Assembly: GCA_035294805.1 (NCBI GenBank)
Contig: DATGKG010000072.1
Span: forward strand, 1 to 34,197
Origin: Candidatus Binataceae bacterium
Lineage (GTDB): Bacteria; Desulfobacterota; Binatia; Binatales; Binataceae
Direction: 5' to 3'
Length of the DNA: 34,197 bases
In this document: piece by piece, positions 33,768 through 34,197 of the stretch
Layout of the letters: the number at the start of each line of letters is the position of its first letter
Position numbering within the stretch: position 1 is the stretch's first letter
Notes under the pieces: generated by a model
What the model was told of the DNA's origin: nothing
Database searches by the model: none
The model's input: the letters and a program-made list of their open reading frames with translations, nothing else
Made by a program: the position numbers and the translations under genes

Positions 33768-34197
33768 ATGGAAGAACGTTACGACCCGAAAAAGATCGAG
33801 CCGAAATGGCAAGCCGAATGGGAGCGCTCGCAGCTTTACCTGACGCGCGAGGATCCGTCTCATCCGAAATTCTACGTCCTCGAAATGTTTCCCTATCCTT
33901 CCGGCGCCGGGCTTTCGGTCGGCCATCTGCACAACTACGTCCCGTGCGATGTCATCGGGCGCTACAAGCGGATGGCGGGGTTCAACGTGCTGCATGCGAT
34001 GGGATGGGACGCGTTCGGATTGCCCGCAGAGAACGAGGCGCTGCTGCGCCAGTCACATCCGAGCGAGACGGTCCCGCGCTACGCCGCGAACTTCAAGCGC
34101 CAGCTCACCATCTCCGGATGCGCCTATGACTGGACGCGTGAGATCAATTCGTCCTTGCCCGAGTACTACAAATGGACGCAATGGTTCTTCCTTTTGT
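33768..34197 (+). CDS. leuS: Leucine--tRNA ligase, 5' fragment (runs off the window)
   Basis: Not in the ORF track because it has no stop. My translation is MEERYDPKKIEPKWQAEWERSQLY...EMFPYPSGAGLSVGHLHNY...MGWDAFGLPAENEA...YDWTREINSSLPEYYKWTQWFF. It is collinear with the LeuS N-terminus, including the HIGH-type region and the GWDAFGLPAE block. Confidence 0.9.
   Translation, partial: MEERYDPKKIEPKWQAEWERSQLYLTREDPSHPKFYVLEMFPYPSGAGLSVGHLHNYVPCDVIGRYKRMAGFNVLHAMGWDAFGLPAENEALLRQSHPSETVPRYAANFKRQLTISGCAYDWTREINSSLPEYYKWTQWFFLL

Noticed and set aside
1-34197. CRISPR arrays, tandem repeats, IS elements, integrases, prophage or classic defence genes
   Set aside because: Visual scanning found no spaced direct repeats, no transposase or integrase-like ORFs, and no strongly AT-shifted island. 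The only repeats seen are the short REP-like hairpins reported above.

Overview
GC-rich (about 60% by eye, not computed) bacterial chromosomal window. It is almost entirely coding. I call 32 protein genes plus one doubtful small ORF, and I saw no rRNA, tRNA, CRISPR array, transposase or integrase. All product calls come from motifs I recognise by eye; no HMM or BLAST search was possible.

Gene content, left to right:
- An orphan NorD/CbbO-like VWA protein (-).
- A divergent pair of secreted M16 zinc peptidases, one catalytic and one non-catalytic.
- A DUF1326-DUF2182-DUF488 module. The DUF2182 gene is cut off from its own first transmembrane helix by an in-frame TAG.
- The 5' half of the dcw cell-division cluster on the minus strand (mraZ-rsmH-ftsL-ftsI-murE). 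It has a clear three-box MraZ operator and ends abruptly after murE.
- A secreted LamG/DUF1080-like protein.
- An acyl-CoA type cluster: family III CoA-transferase, amidohydrolase-2, cupin, acyl-CoA dehydrogenase and a signal-less DUF4838 protein.
- A translationally coupled string: Mrp/ApbC Fe-S ATPase, PolB-like DEDDy exonuclease and GT2 glycosyltransferase. It is followed by a heterodimeric ABC exporter with one degenerate ATP site and a DUF2265-type lipoprotein aminopeptidase.
- An alpha/beta hydrolase, a Mut7-C RNase-like protein, a secreted multi-repeat propeller-like protein, an O-methyltransferase and a 124-aa unknown.
- An acetoacetate-decarboxylase-fold protein coupled to a luciferase-like monooxygenase, a DegV protein, and the 5' end of leuS.

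Main observations:
- The mrp-exonuclease-GT2-ABC-aminopeptidase string has no textbook rationale. It is my best candidate for an undescribed functional system, but nothing in the sequence proves that.
- Inverted copies of a short REP-like hairpin element flank murE. They supply C-terminal codons to DUF488 and FtsI and the last codons plus stop of MurE.
- The DUF2182 gene carries an amber interruption.
- The secreted xDGxxxF repeat protein has no assignable function.
- Convergent genes systematically overlap or abut, leaving no room for terminators.
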